Assembly (NCBI GenBank): GCA_036004705.1
Contig: DASYRF010000518.1
Span: 24 to 64,023, forward strand
Source: Myxococcota bacterium
GTDB taxonomy: Bacteria > Myxococcota_A > Polyangia > DASYRF01
Direction of reading: 5' to 3'
Length of the DNA stretch: 64,000 nucleotides
Of the stretch, positions 38,754 to 48,342 are shown one piece after another; position 1 is the first letter of the stretch, and each line of letters begins with the position of its first letter. A program made the translations under genes and the position numbers. The notes beneath the pieces were generated by a model. It was not told the DNA's origin and ran no database searches. It saw only the letters and a program-made list of their open reading frames with translations.

Positions 38754-39308
38754 TCAGGCCTCGACCCGCGCGGCGAGGCCGGTGCGGTAGCGGCGGAATT
38801 CCACCCACAGCTCGCCGCCCTTCACCTCGGCGTGAAGCTCGTCCATCCCGCGCGGCGCCGGGCCGGAGAGGCGCGCGCCGTCGAGGGAGAAGTTGCTCGT
38901 GTGGCACGGACAGGCGAAGTGGCTCGTGACGGGGTCGAGGTCCACCGCGCAGCCGAGATGCGGGCAGGTGGCGGAGAACACCTTGACGGTGCTCTCGCCG
39001 GTACGCACCACCCAGGCGGCGCCGAGACGTACGCCGTCGAAACGGCTCCAGGCGTCGCGCAGCGCCGCCGTGATGTTCACGCGCACCGGCACGCCGACGT
39101 TGAACCGCCCGAGCTGGCCGAGCGAAAGGGCCCCGGCGGCGCCGCGGGACACGGGGTCCTTGCGGAGCGGGTGGATGAGAAAGCCGACGGCCGGAGCGCC
39201 CACCAGGAGCGTTACGGCCGCGCCGAGAAGCCCGACCGCCAGGCCGATGAACGAGCGACGCGGCGGCTCGGTGGAAGCCGGCGCGGAATCGGCGGCTGCG
39301 TGCGCCAC
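38754..39308 (-). CDS. Rieske [2Fe-2S] protein of a cytochrome bc-type complex
   Basis: GTG at 39308. Tat-like RRSFIG plus a TM anchor. Cluster ligands CPHLGC and CPCH. Ends 8 nt before the cytochrome b start. Confidence 0.9.
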   Translation of the reverse strand: MAHAAADSAPASTEPPRRSFIGLAVGLLGAAVTLLVGAPAVGFLIHPLRKDPVSRGAAGALSLGQLGRFNVGVPVRVNITAALRDAWSRFDGVRLGAAWVVRTGESTVKVFSATCPHLGCAVDLDPVTSHFACPCHTSNFSLDGARLSGPAPRGMDELHAEVKGGELWVEFRRYRTGLAARVEA

Positions 39309-39383
39309 ACGGCGACGCTATCACGGGCGGCGCGCGCCGATCCACCTTGACGCCCCCTCCCCCGTTGGAGCCATCATGCCGCC

Positions 39384-41000
39384 GTGGCCAGGCCGCGCGC
39401 TGCACGAGGACCGGCGCCGCTCGCCGGCGTGATTGCCGGCGTGTGGCTCTGTGCGGCGGCCGCGGCGGCACGCCCCGCCGAGGCGGCCGACGCGCCGGAG
39501 CCCAGCGGCAGACCCGACGTCCATTTCGGATCCGAGAGCGTCTTTCAGTCCTTCGCCGTGCGCACGGGGAGCGGGACGGGAGAGGTCGACTACCGGAGCC
39601 GCGTCACCGAGACGCTGCGCCTGACGGTCGCCAGCCTGGGTGCGCGGGCCCTGGGCGGCGGCGGGCTGCAGGTGGTGGCGGCGCTCCGCTACGACGTGGA
39701 CTTCGGCCTCGCCGGGGCGTGCGGCACGGGGGGCGTGCTCGCACCCACGCCCTTCGGCGGGAACGTGGCCGCCGACTCGACGCTGGGCACCGCGGCCGGC
39801 GCGCCGCTGGCGCCGTGGCTGCGGCTCGAGTGCGGCAACTCGCTGCAGATCCAGCAGCTGTACGTCACGGGCGAGCAGCTCTGGCGCGGGCGGCTCGCCT
39901 TCAAGGCGGGGCGCGCCTGGAAAATCGACCCGCTGGGCTGGTTCGCCTACGACGGCGCCGCCGTCACGGTACGCCTGCCGTACTTCTTCAGCGTCAACGC
40001 CGCTGCCGGCATCGAGACGACGAACGGCCTGCTCTTCGGCCGCACGGCCTGGGAGCGCGACGGCACGAACGTCCGCGTCGACGGCGACCCGTCGGCGGCC
40101 GGGATCGCCGATCGCTTGCCGCTCGACTTCTCGCTGCATCCTTCGCCGTTCGTCTCGGTGGGGCTGGCGGCGCGCGGGTTCGGACGCACGCAGGCCGAGA
40201 TCGCCTACCGTTACGTCTGGGGCGCGGGCATCCGCTCGCTGGAGCCCGTCCTGGCGGGCCGCGACGTGGCGTTCGGCGGCGCCGCGGAGGAGTCGCGCAT
40301 CGGCTGGGCGTTGACGTACGGCTTCAGCAACGCCTTCCGCGTGCGCGCCTCGATGGTCGCGGACCTCCTCTGGCCGCGGTTCGACGAGGTCACGCTGGAC
40401 GGCTCGGCGCGGCTGTGGCGCGGCGCCCTCGGCCTGCATGCCGGCGTAGCGTTCGAGCGCCCGCGCCTCAGCGCCTCGTCGATCTGGTACTTCTTCGACT
40501 TCCGTCCCACGGGCGACGCCTACCTGCGCGCCGACCTGCGCCTTGGCACGGTCGCCTGGGTGTACGTGCGCGCCGCTGCCCGGCGCTACGGCGACTCCTG
40601 GAAGCGCGGCCCCAATTCTGACGTCGACCCGAACATCGTCCACATGGAGACTTCGCCGTCGTTCGACGCCGGGGCGCACCTGGCGGTGCAGCGGCTGCAG
40701 ATCGACGTCGCCGCCAGCGGCACGTTCGGCTTCGGCGGCACCGACGCGGGGCTTTACGGCACCGCCACCTTCGAAGTGCGCCCCGGACGGCTGGACGTGC
40801 TGGCGAGCGGTTACTTGTACCGCTACGACAACGCGCTGCAGCCGAGCCAGGTGGGGCTCTTCGGCGGGTTCAGCGGAGGGCTGTCCTACGTGTTCGGCGA
40901 GGGCGCGCGCCTGCGCGTCATGGCCGAGGACAACGTCAGCCCGTTCTGGCCCTCCAACGCCCGTCTCTACGGACTGCTCGACCTGAATTTCTGGCTGTAG
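39384..41000 (+). CDS. Secreted, probable outer-membrane beta-barrel protein, function unknown
   Basis: GTG at 39384. Signal MARPRAARGPAPLAGVIAGVWLCAAAAAARPAEA. Many alternating aromatic/aliphatic strand-like segments. The terminus is LYGLLDLNFWL. Confidence 0.6.
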   Translation: MARPRAARGPAPLAGVIAGVWLCAAAAAARPAEAADAPEPSGRPDVHFGSESVFQSFAVRTGSGTGEVDYRSRVTETLRLTVASLGARALGGGGLQVVAALRYDVDFGLAGACGTGGVLAPTPFGGNVAADSTLGTAAGAPLAPWLRLECGNSLQIQQLYVTGEQLWRGRLAFKAGRAWKIDPLGWFAYDGAAVTVRLPYFFSVNAAAGIETTNGLLFGRTAWERDGTNVRVDGDPSAAGIADRLPLDFSLHPSPFVSVGLAARGFGRTQAEIAYRYVWGAGIRSLEPVLAGRDVAFGGAAEESRIGWALTYGFSNAFRVRASMVADLLWPRFDEVTLDGSARLWRGALGLHAGVAFERPRLSASSIWYFFDFRPTGDAYLRADLRLGTVAWVYVRAAARRYGDSWKRGPNSDVDPNIVHMETSPSFDAGAHLAVQRLQIDVAASGTFGFGGTDAGLYGTATFEVRPGRLDVLASGYLYRYDNALQPSQVGLFGGFSGGLSYVFGEGARLRVMAEDNVSPFWPSNARLYGLLDLNFWL

Positions 41001-41093
41001 GACGCACGCGCACGCCGCACGGCGAACACTGCTCCCTCCTTCGGCGGGGGCGAACTTCTGGCCGCCGCGGCGACCCGTGCGAGAATCGGCGGC

Positions 41094-42710
41094 GTGACCC
41101 GCCGAGCCATGGCCGCGGCCGCGCTGCTCATGAGCGTCGCGGTCGGCCTGAGCCGGGTGCTCGGCTACGTGCGCGACGCCTACATCGCCTGGGCGTTCGG
41201 CGCCGGCCCGGCCACCGACGCCTATACCGCCGCCTTCACCGTCCCCGACTTTCTGAACTACGCCCTCGCCGGAGGCGCGCTCTCCATCACGTTCATCCCC
41301 ATCTACACGGGTTACCTGGCACGCCAGCAGCACGCCGAGGGCGAGCGCGTTTTCCACGTGGTCGTGACGACCATGGGCCTGGTCATGGGCGGCGGCGTGC
41401 TGCTGATGGAAGCCGCCGCCGGCTGGATCGTGCCTCGCCTGGTGCCCGACTTCGACCCAGCCCAGCTCGCGCTGTGCGTTCGCCTGACCCGCATCCTCCT
41501 CCCCTCGCAGGTCTTCTTCTATGTGGGCGGCATCGTCTCCGCCACCTTGCAGGCGCGCCAGCTCTTCCTGGCGCCGGCGGCGGCGCCGCTGCTCTACAAC
41601 CTCGGCATCCTGGCTGGCGGCGCGGCGCTCGGGCGCGCGGTCGGCGTGGAGTCGCTCGCCTGGGGCGCCATGGCGGGCGCGTTCGTCGGGCCGTTCCTCG
41701 TGCCGGTCGTGGCGGCGGCGCGCGCGCTGCGCCGCGAGGCGGCGGCCGGCGGTCCGGCCGTCATCCCTTTCCGGCTGCGCGTCGACGCCGGCGATGCGGG
41801 CTTCCGCGAATGGCTGCGCCTCTCCGTGCCGCTGATGATCGGCTTCTCGCTGACCACGGCCGACGAATGGATCATGCGCTACTTCGCCTCGGGCGCGGCC
41901 GGCACCATCTTCCGCATCAACCTCGCCCGGCGGCTGCTGCTGGTGCCGGTGGCGGTGCTGGCGCAGGCGGCCGGACAGGCGACGCTGCCCTTCTTCGCGC
42001 GTCTGGACGCGGAGGGGAAGCGCGAGGAGCTCGGGCGCGAGCTGCGCGGCGCGGTGCAGGCGGTCTGGGCGGCGACGGCGCTCGCGGGCGCGTGGCTCGT
42101 GGCGCTCGCCTACCCGGTCGTGCGCCTGCTCTACCAGCGCGGCGGCTACACGCTCGCCGACGCCGACCAGACGGCGGCGCTGCTGGTGGCGCTGGCGGTG
42201 AGCACGCCGCTGTGGGGCGCGCAGGCGATCCTCGCGCGCGGGTTCTACGCCACGCGCAACACCTGGACGCCGATGGTCGCGGGCACCGCCGTGACGCTGG
42301 GGTCGATCCCGCTCTTCTGGGCCGGCTGGCGGCTGGGCGGGGCGCTCGGCTTGGCGGCGGCGTCGTCGGCCGGCATGTTCGTGCACGCGGGCGTGCTGGG
42401 CCTTCTGGTGCGGCGGCGCCTTCCGGGCGCCGTGGGGGTAGCGCTGCTGAGCGGCGCCGCGCGCGCTCTGGTGGTGGCGGCCGCCGCCGGCGCCGGCGCG
42501 TGGAGCGCGGCCTGGGCGCTGGCACAGGCCGGACTGCCCGCGCGTCCGGTATGGCTCGGCGCGGTGGCGCAATGCCTCGGCGGCAGCGCCGCCTTCGCCG
42601 CCATCGTGTTCCCCGCCGCGCGCCTTCTCGGCGTCGAAGAGGTGGACGCGCTGCGCCGGCGCCTCGCCGCCCGCCTGGCGCGTGTTCTGCGCCGCCGCGC
42701 CGCGCCGTAG
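41094..42710 (+). CDS. murJ: Lipid II flippase MurJ (MviN family)
   Basis: SRVLGYVRDAYIAWAFGAG..TDAY..AF.VPDFL, followed by about 14 TM segments typical of MurJ. Confidence 0.9.
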   Translation: MTRRAMAAAALLMSVAVGLSRVLGYVRDAYIAWAFGAGPATDAYTAAFTVPDFLNYALAGGALSITFIPIYTGYLARQQHAEGERVFHVVVTTMGLVMGGGVLLMEAAAGWIVPRLVPDFDPAQLALCVRLTRILLPSQVFFYVGGIVSATLQARQLFLAPAAAPLLYNLGILAGGAALGRAVGVESLAWGAMAGAFVGPFLVPVVAAARALRREAAAGGPAVIPFRLRVDAGDAGFREWLRLSVPLMIGFSLTTADEWIMRYFASGAAGTIFRINLARRLLLVPVAVLAQAAGQATLPFFARLDAEGKREELGRELRGAVQAVWAATALAGAWLVALAYPVVRLLYQRGGYTLADADQTAALLVALAVSTPLWGAQAILARGFYATRNTWTPMVAGTAVTLGSIPLFWAGWRLGGALGLAAASSAGMFVHAGVLGLLVRRRLPGAVGVALLSGAARALVVAAAAGAGAWSAAWALAQAGLPARPVWLGAVAQCLGGSAAFAAIVFPAARLLGVEEVDALRRRLAARLARVLRRRAAP

Positions 42711-42759
42711 GCTCGCGGCGCGCGGGCGCGCGTCCCGCCGCCCGACCTTCGAGACCAGC

Positions 42760-44007
42760 TCAGCGCCAGGTGCTCAGGTCCAGCGTCGTGGAGTCGAGCT
42801 TGACGATCGGCACCAGGCGCGACGTCATGCGCACCGTCCCGTCGGCGCTGACGAACAGGGCGTCCAGGTCCGCGCGCGCCTCGATGAGGGGCAGCCCGCG
42901 GTCGGCGCCCATCACGAACAGCCCGGTGTCGAGCGCGTCCGCCAGCACCGTCGTCGAGGCCAGTGCCGTCACCGAGACGGTGTGCTCCACCGGATACCCC
43001 GTCTTCGGGTCGATGATGTGGTGGTAGTGCTTTCCGTCGATTATAGCATATCTCTCGTAATCTCCGGCCGTGGTGATGGCGCGGTTCGTGAGCGACAGCC
43101 GCGCGAACTGGTAGCCGTGGATGCGTGGGTGGGCCACGCCGACCATCCAACCTTGCGTGCCCTTCCGCCCCGACACGTAGAGGTCGCCGGAGCCGTCCAC
43201 GATGAAGTCGTCGAAGCCGCGCCGGTGCAGGATGGCGGAGCAGCGGTCCACGGCGATGCCCTGGCCGATGCCGCCGAGCCCGATGGCCATGCCGCGCTTC
43301 TCGATGAACGCCGTCCCCGCGGCGCGATCGAGCTTGACCTTGCGGTAATCGACCAGCGCGATGGCCTTGGCGAGCTCCGCCGGATCGGGGAGCTTGGGCG
43401 CGGGGTCCTTCAGCTTCCAGAGCCGGCCGATGGGAAGGAACGTGATGTCGAACCCGCCTTCGGTCATGGCGCCCACGTCGAGGGCGACCTGCAAGGTCTC
43501 GATCAGCTCGGGCGACACCTTCACGGGCGCCACACCGGCGGCGGCGTTGACGTGCGAGATCTCGGTGTCGGGCTTCCACTCCGACAGCACAGACTCGAGC
43601 CGCGCGATCTCGGCGAAGCACTCGGTGATGGGCGCCTCGGCGGCGGCCGGGTCGCGCGTAGCGATTGCCACCTCCCAGTGCGTCGTCATGAGGAACGTGC
43701 GCCGCCGCACCGTGAACAGCCCCGGCTGCCCCGGCACCTCGCGCACGGTGGACGGCAGCGGCCCGCCCGCCGCGCCGATCGGCCCGCCGCCCGTGTCGCT
43801 CTCGGCCGCCGCCCCCGCCGCCGTGCCGGCGGCCGCCCCTGTCGCGGGCCGCGCCGCGCCGCTCGCCGAAGTGCCCGCCGCCCGCCCTGGTACCGGCCCG
43901 ACCATCCCGCCAGGCGCCGCCCCGCCGGCCGGCTCGCATGCCGGCGCGAGCGCTAGCGCGAGAACGAGCGCCTGGGCGCGCACGGTCGCGATCGCGGAGC
44001 AGCGCAT
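42760..44007 (-). CDS. apbE: FAD:protein FMN transferase (ApbE family) lipoprotein
   Basis: ATG at 44007 (MRCSAIATVRAQALVLALALAPAC lipobox). Conserved blocks: SEW.PDTEIS.VN, GGFDIT, LGGIGQG, TAGDYERY and HHIIDPKTG. Confidence 0.85.
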   Translation of the reverse strand: MRCSAIATVRAQALVLALALAPACEPAGGAAPGGMVGPVPGRAAGTSASGAARPATGAAAGTAAGAAAESDTGGGPIGAAGGPLPSTVREVPGQPGLFTVRRRTFLMTTHWEVAIATRDPAAAEAPITECFAEIARLESVLSEWKPDTEISHVNAAAGVAPVKVSPELIETLQVALDVGAMTEGGFDITFLPIGRLWKLKDPAPKLPDPAELAKAIALVDYRKVKLDRAAGTAFIEKRGMAIGLGGIGQGIAVDRCSAILHRRGFDDFIVDGSGDLYVSGRKGTQGWMVGVAHPRIHGYQFARLSLTNRAITTAGDYERYAIIDGKHYHHIIDPKTGYPVEHTVSVTALASTTVLADALDTGLFVMGADRGLPLIEARADLDALFVSADGTVRMTSRLVPIVKLDSTTLDLSTWR

Positions 44008-44082
44008 CACGAGCGGGATGTGACCACGACGTGCCCATGACCGCAACCGCTGCACCCGACCGCGCGGTCCGCCGGTGGTCCG

Positions 44083-45204
44083 CTATCGGTACGGAGCGTC
44101 GGGGCCACGAGCGGCCAGCGCGGCCACCACCTCGGCCGCTTCGCGAAGGCGCGCCGCGTCGGTCTCCACGCCGGGAACGAGGAGCGTCACGGCGCGCTCG
44201 TCCGCCGACACCACCTCGGGACCCAGGGCCGCGGCACGGAGGCGCAGCGCCGGGCCGAAACGCGCACGCGTGCGCTCCGCGTCGGCTGCCCGCCACTCCC
44301 AGCCCTCCATGCCGTCGAGTGGGGCGATGGGCGTCAGCTCCTCGGCCGCGGGCGGCCGCTTTCCGCGGTAGGCGGCCCAGCGCTCCTCCGGCGGGCACGC
44401 CGACAGCCGTATCGCGCGCACGCGCGTGAGGACGCGGGCCGACTTCATGAGGAGCCCCTCCGAGAGCGAGATGCCGTCGATGATCACGGGCACGCCCCCC
44501 ACGTCCGCGCGCAGGACCGTCGACTCGTCCGGCGCCCACCCGTCCCCGCGTGCCTCGAGCGTGGCGCCCAGCTCCTCCGCGCAGGCGCGCCAGCGCGCGA
44601 GTAGCCGGGCGCCGCCGCCCGCGAGCGCCGCCGTCGCGCGTGCCACCGCCGCGAGAACCGCTGGGTCCTGCTCGAGCCCCACCGTCTGCGCGACGGTCTT
44701 TCCTTCCTTGACCGAGAAACTGTAGCGGGGCGCGCCGCGCGCGTAGGCGACGAACTCGCCGGCGAGCCAGGCGCGCGCGAACGGCTCGTCGCTCGACTTG
44801 ACTACGAAGTGCTCGTCGAACGCGGCGTCACCGAGCTCGATGTCCTGGGCGCCTAGCGTTTTTCCGAGCGCCGCAAGCCCCCGCTCGGGCACCACGCTGA
44901 TGCGCAGCGCGCCGGGCTCGGCGCCGTAGCCGCGCGCGCGCGTATACGTGGTGCTCGTCTTGCCGGTGCTCACGGTGAAGTGGTCGACCAGCACGCGCGT
45001 CCCGTCGAGCTCGGCCTGGATCTGCGCCGGCGTGCGCCGGTACCAGGGGCCGCCGATCGGATCGAACCGCGCGCCGAGCGTACGGGCCGCTTCTTCCCAC
45101 GCGCGGCGCGTCTTCTCCATGCGGCGGCGGTTGTGGCGGTAGGCAAGCACGCCGGCGCCGACCGAGCCGAGAAGTACGAGCAATGGTGTGACGATCGGAT
45201 CCAC
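44083..45204 (-). CDS. Hypothetical membrane-anchored protein
   Basis: GTG at 45204 with GGAGGA upstream. N-terminal TM PLLVLLGSVGAGVLAY. Consistently G/C-rich third positions. No motif I recognise. Confidence 0.55.
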   Translation of the reverse strand: MDPIVTPLLVLLGSVGAGVLAYRHNRRRMEKTRRAWEEAARTLGARFDPIGGPWYRRTPAQIQAELDGTRVLVDHFTVSTGKTSTTYTRARGYGAEPGALRISVVPERGLAALGKTLGAQDIELGDAAFDEHFVVKSSDEPFARAWLAGEFVAYARGAPRYSFSVKEGKTVAQTVGLEQDPAVLAAVARATAALAGGGARLLARWRACAEELGATLEARGDGWAPDESTVLRADVGGVPVIIDGISLSEGLLMKSARVLTRVRAIRLSACPPEERWAAYRGKRPPAAEELTPIAPLDGMEGWEWRAADAERTRARFGPALRLRAAALGPEVVSADERAVTLLVPGVETDAARLREAAEVVAALAARGPDAPYR

Positions 45205-45541
45205 GTAGTGAAGCGGCTCCTCCGGCGAGCGTCACCGACTCGGCAGAGAGACGAGACACGACGTACGTGCTCGTGACCCCGGACCCGGACGGTACCAGGG
45301 ATGCCGCAGTTGGCAAGGAGGTCCGTCGAGCGGAGATCCCTGCGAAATCCCGGAGTGCGGACCCGTTGCTCGGCGGCGACGCCGCGGCGAGCGGCACGTC
45401 CTGGTGACCGGACACGTTGCTCGGCGGCGAGGCCGCGCGCACCAGCACCGGCGCGCTCATGGGCAAGCTGGGCTACTTCTCCGGCGAGACGCACGTCCGC
45501 GTGACCGGAGCGGGCGGGACCAGCCGGCCGCCCGTGCGACG

Positions 45542-46006
45542 TCATTGCACGGTGAATGCGAGGTACATTCCGAGCGCGTAATGGCTGACGGGCGCGGCGG
45601 GCGGATTGTCCATGACCACGTTGCAGAACAGCACGTAGCTCCCGGCCGCCAGGTCCAGCGTGACCATGCCCGTTCCCGCGGGGTCGAGCTCCGATACCTC
45701 GCCCGGCGAGTCGAGCATCGCCTCGTCCACGCTCCCATCCGCCATCGTGGGGAGTGCGCCGGGCGCGAGGTCTGTCCGCGCCACGACCATTTCATGGATC
45801 ATGGATCCGTTGTTCGTGGCCACGAAGGTCACCAGACCCGCCGGCACGGTCGTTTGGTCAGGCGTGATGGTGAAGTCGGCCAGCGCGACGTTGACCGTCG
45901 TCATTGTCGGCGCGGCATCCGAGCCCGTGTCCCCGCCTCCGCAAGCGGACATCCACGGTACGGCGGCGAGAACGGCCACACGGAAGGCAAAGAGGCAGAG
46001 TCTCAT
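45542..46006 (-). CDS. Cupredoxin-like (type-1 copper-type) lipoprotein
   Basis: ATG at 46006 with AAGGGAGA upstream. Lipobox AAVPWMSAC. Candidate ligands: H in SMIHEM, C in VLFCN, and H/M in SHYALGM. The beta-sandwich-like pattern FTITP..TVPAG.VTF is present. Confidence 0.65.
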   Translation of the reverse strand: MRLCLFAFRVAVLAAVPWMSACGGGDTGSDAAPTMTTVNVALADFTITPDQTTVPAGLVTFVATNNGSMIHEMVVARTDLAPGALPTMADGSVDEAMLDSPGEVSELDPAGTGMVTLDLAAGSYVLFCNVVMDNPPAAPVSHYALGMYLAFTVQ

Positions 46007-46194
46007 GTATGTTATCTCCCTTGGAGCTCGTGTCGTAGCAAGTCCGGCGCCAACGCAGGCGTTGCGGCCTCCGCGGCAGTTTCGGTGACTTCGGCAGGAG
46101 CGCCACGCAGTGGCTGCGCGCGGAGCGGCAAGGGGCGCAGGGATTGCGGCGGAGGGCCGGCGCGGCGGACGCGGCCGGCGCCGCGCGTGCAGTG

Positions 46195-46869
46195 TCAGGC
46201 GGCGCGGCTCGTTTCCTCGCGCCAGAGGCGGCCGATGCGGCCGAGCCAGGGCGGATACACGAAGGTGTGGCGGAAGGGGCCAATGAGCGCCATGTACACG
46301 GCGCCGAGGCGGCCGCGCGGCTTCACGTAGACGGCGAGCTCGGCGGTCTTGCGCGCCGTCGTGCCAGCGCGCGCGGCCGCGTCCACCCAGCCAAGGTGCA
46401 GGAGCGCGCTCACCGTGCGGTTCGCGATCTCGAACAGAGCCTCCTCCTCGAACACGTAGACCGGCGCGGCGAGCGCGGGCACGTCGAGCACGAGCGCGGC
46501 CGTGCGGTCGCGCGCGCGGTCGGCCGGGCCGAGGCGCACGGCGATGCTGGGCTCGTCCGTGCCGGGGATGCCGGGCGGCCGGCCGGGGCGGTCGAGGCCC
46601 AGCACGCGGCCGGCGACGAGGCGCAGGCGGAAGAGCGCGTTCGCAAGAGCGCTGTCGGCCTGGACGCCGTTGGCGAGGAAGAGGCGCAAGAAGCGGTCGA
46701 ACGTCTGGCCGCGCGTGGGGTCGGGGTCGGCGTCGAGCGGAAGGCGCCAGACGTCCAGTAGCCGGAAGTCGGCGGCGAGCGCGTGCACGCGCCACGGGCG
46801 GGCGCGGTACACGCCTTCGCCGACGCGCGAGGTCGGCGCCGGCGCGCCGGGCTCGGACGCGCCTTCCAC
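46195..46869 (-). CDS. DUF2867-like protein (identification from memory of the family; tentative)
   Basis: The C-terminal part of track ORF 46195..47517 has coding-like composition (…LAVYVKPRGRLGAVYMALIGPFRHTFVYPPWL…). GTG at 46869 lies 2 nt after the upstream stop. The start is uncertain. Confidence 0.5.
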   Translation of the reverse strand: MEGASEPGAPAPTSRVGEGVYRARPWRVHALAADFRLLDVWRLPLDADPDPTRGQTFDRFLRLFLANGVQADSALANALFRLRLVAGRVLGLDRPGRPPGIPGTDEPSIAVRLGPADRARDRTAALVLDVPALAAPVYVFEEEALFEIANRTVSALLHLGWVDAAARAGTTARKTAELAVYVKPRGRLGAVYMALIGPFRHTFVYPPWLGRIGRLWREETSRAA

Positions 46870-46871
46870 GC

Positions 46872-47354
46872 TCAAGGCGGGCACCACCCGCACACGGAGC
46901 ACGCGTCGATGCAGCACGTCATGGCGGCGGGCGCGCAAGAGTCGCACAGGCAGCCACTCGGCGCCGGGGTCGCGCTGCCACACAAGGTCGACGGCGCGGC
47001 GGCGCAACCGCAGTCCGCGGGGCAGCTCGAGTCCGTCTCGCCCGCCGTGCAGGCACCGTCGCCACAGACGGAGACGGACGTTGCGTCGGTACCGGCAGCG
47101 TCCGTCCCGGCGGCGTCGGTGCCGGCGGCGTCGGTGGCCGTCGCATCGCTGCCGGCGGCGTCGGTCGCGGTCGCGTCGCTGCCGGCAGCGTCGCCAGCAG
47201 CGCCGTCCGTCGCCCCTTGCGCGTCCGTCGCCGCGCACGCGGCGCCGCCGCATTCGTTCCGGTGGCACCCCGTTGCACCGCCGAGCTGGAGCGACATCCA
47301 CGCCGCCGCCAGCGCCCACCGGCCCGCGCCGGATCCGAAGAGGCCCGTGACCAT
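46872..47354 (-). CDS. Cys-rich secreted lipoprotein with (A/T)TDAAG(S/T)D repeats
   Basis: ATG at 47354. Signal and lipobox WALAAAWMSLQLGGATGC. Repeats DATATDAAGS/DAAGT. Block CGDGACTAGETDSSCPADC. Cys-dense tail (CLCDSCAPAAMTCCIDACSVCGWC). Confidence 0.65.
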   Translation of the reverse strand: MVTGLFGSGAGRWALAAAWMSLQLGGATGCHRNECGGAACAATDAQGATDGAAGDAAGSDATATDAAGSDATATDAAGTDAAGTDAAGTDATSVSVCGDGACTAGETDSSCPADCGCAAAPSTLCGSATPAPSGCLCDSCAPAAMTCCIDACSVCGWCPP

Positions 47355-47565
47355 GCCACCAGGATATCACGGGCGACGAATTCGTCTCGCGGTCCGCGCG
47401 TCGCGCTGGCAGAAGCCGGTGGCCGCGCTGCTGGCGTGGCATCGTGGGTCGCTTGTCGGCCAGGGACACCGACCCCAGAGTAGCGGTGGGGCCGAACGCA
47501 CCGCCGCGCCGTACCATGCCGCATCGAGTTGGCGGCGCGGGGCGGGGCGCCTAGACTGCGGCGCG

Positions 47566-48342
47566 ATGAACGCAGGCGGCGCGGGGGCCCGGGCGGGAGC
47601 AGAAGCGGCGGCGGGGGCGGGGCCAGGGGCAGGGCCAGGGCCGGGGTCAGGGACGGGGCCAGGGGCGGAGCCCGGGGCGGGGGCAGGGGCGAGGATCGAG
47701 GCGGCGGGCCTGGCGATGACGTTCCCGGCGACGCGATGGGCGCCGGCGGTCAGGGCGCTGGCGGGGCTGAACCTGGCGGTTCGCGGCGGCGAGGCGCTCG
47801 CCGTCGTCGGGCCCAACGGCGCCGGGAAGACGACGTTGTTGCGCCTGTGCGCGGGACTGCTGCGCCGCACGAGCGGGGCGCTGCGCATCGCCGGTCACGA
47901 CCCGGAGGAGGCGCCCGCGCAAGTCCGCGCCGCGTGCGCGCTGGCGAGCGGCGGCGGGCGCAGCCTGTCGTTGCGCCTCACCGCCGCGGAGAACCTTATC
48001 CTGTTCGGCCGCTTGCGGGGCCTGGACGCGACGCAAGCCGTCCGCCGTGCCGCCAACGCGCTCGACGAGGTCGGGCTCGCCGCCGTGGCCACCCGCCCCG
48101 CCCACGTCCTGTCCGACGGGCAGCGCCAGCGCCTCGTGCTGGCGCGCGCGCTCTTGGCCGCGACCGCGGTCCTCCTGCTCGACGAGCCCACGCGCGACCT
48201 CGACGCCGACGCCGCTGCTTCTCTCGCGCGGGTCGTTCGTGCGCGCGCGGCCGCCGGCGCCGCCGTGCTCGTCGCCACCCACGACCGCACCTTTGCCGCC
48301 GCCGCCTGCGACCGCACGCAGCCCCTCGGCCTCGTCTCATGA
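47566..48342 (+). CDS. ABC transporter ATP-binding protein with a Gly/Ala/Pro-rich N-terminal extension
   Basis: ATG at 47566. Walker A GPNGAGKTT, signature LSDGQRQRL, Walker B LLLDEPTRDLD, H-loop VATHD. Confidence 0.85.
   Translation: MNAGGAGARAGAEAAAGAGPGAGPGPGSGTGPGAEPGAGAGARIEAAGLAMTFPATRWAPAVRALAGLNLAVRGGEALAVVGPNGAGKTTLLRLCAGLLRRTSGALRIAGHDPEEAPAQVRAACALASGGGRSLSLRLTAAENLILFGRLRGLDATQAVRRAANALDEVGLAAVATRPAHVLSDGQRQRLVLARALLAATAVLLLDEPTRDLDADAAASLARVVRARAAAGAAVLVATHDRTFAAAACDRTQPLGLVS

Noticed and set aside
39321-42572. 1083-aa ORF on the minus strand
   Set aside because: It is antisense to the OM-barrel gene and murJ. It is Arg/Gly/Ala/Pro-rich with no recognisable domain.
45417-45581. 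54-codon plus-strand ORF with good G/C3 in the intergenic repeat region
   Set aside because: It is short, starts with TTG and has no SD. It overlaps the 3' end of the cupredoxin gene and shows no recognisable similarity. It is kept only as a note within a finding.
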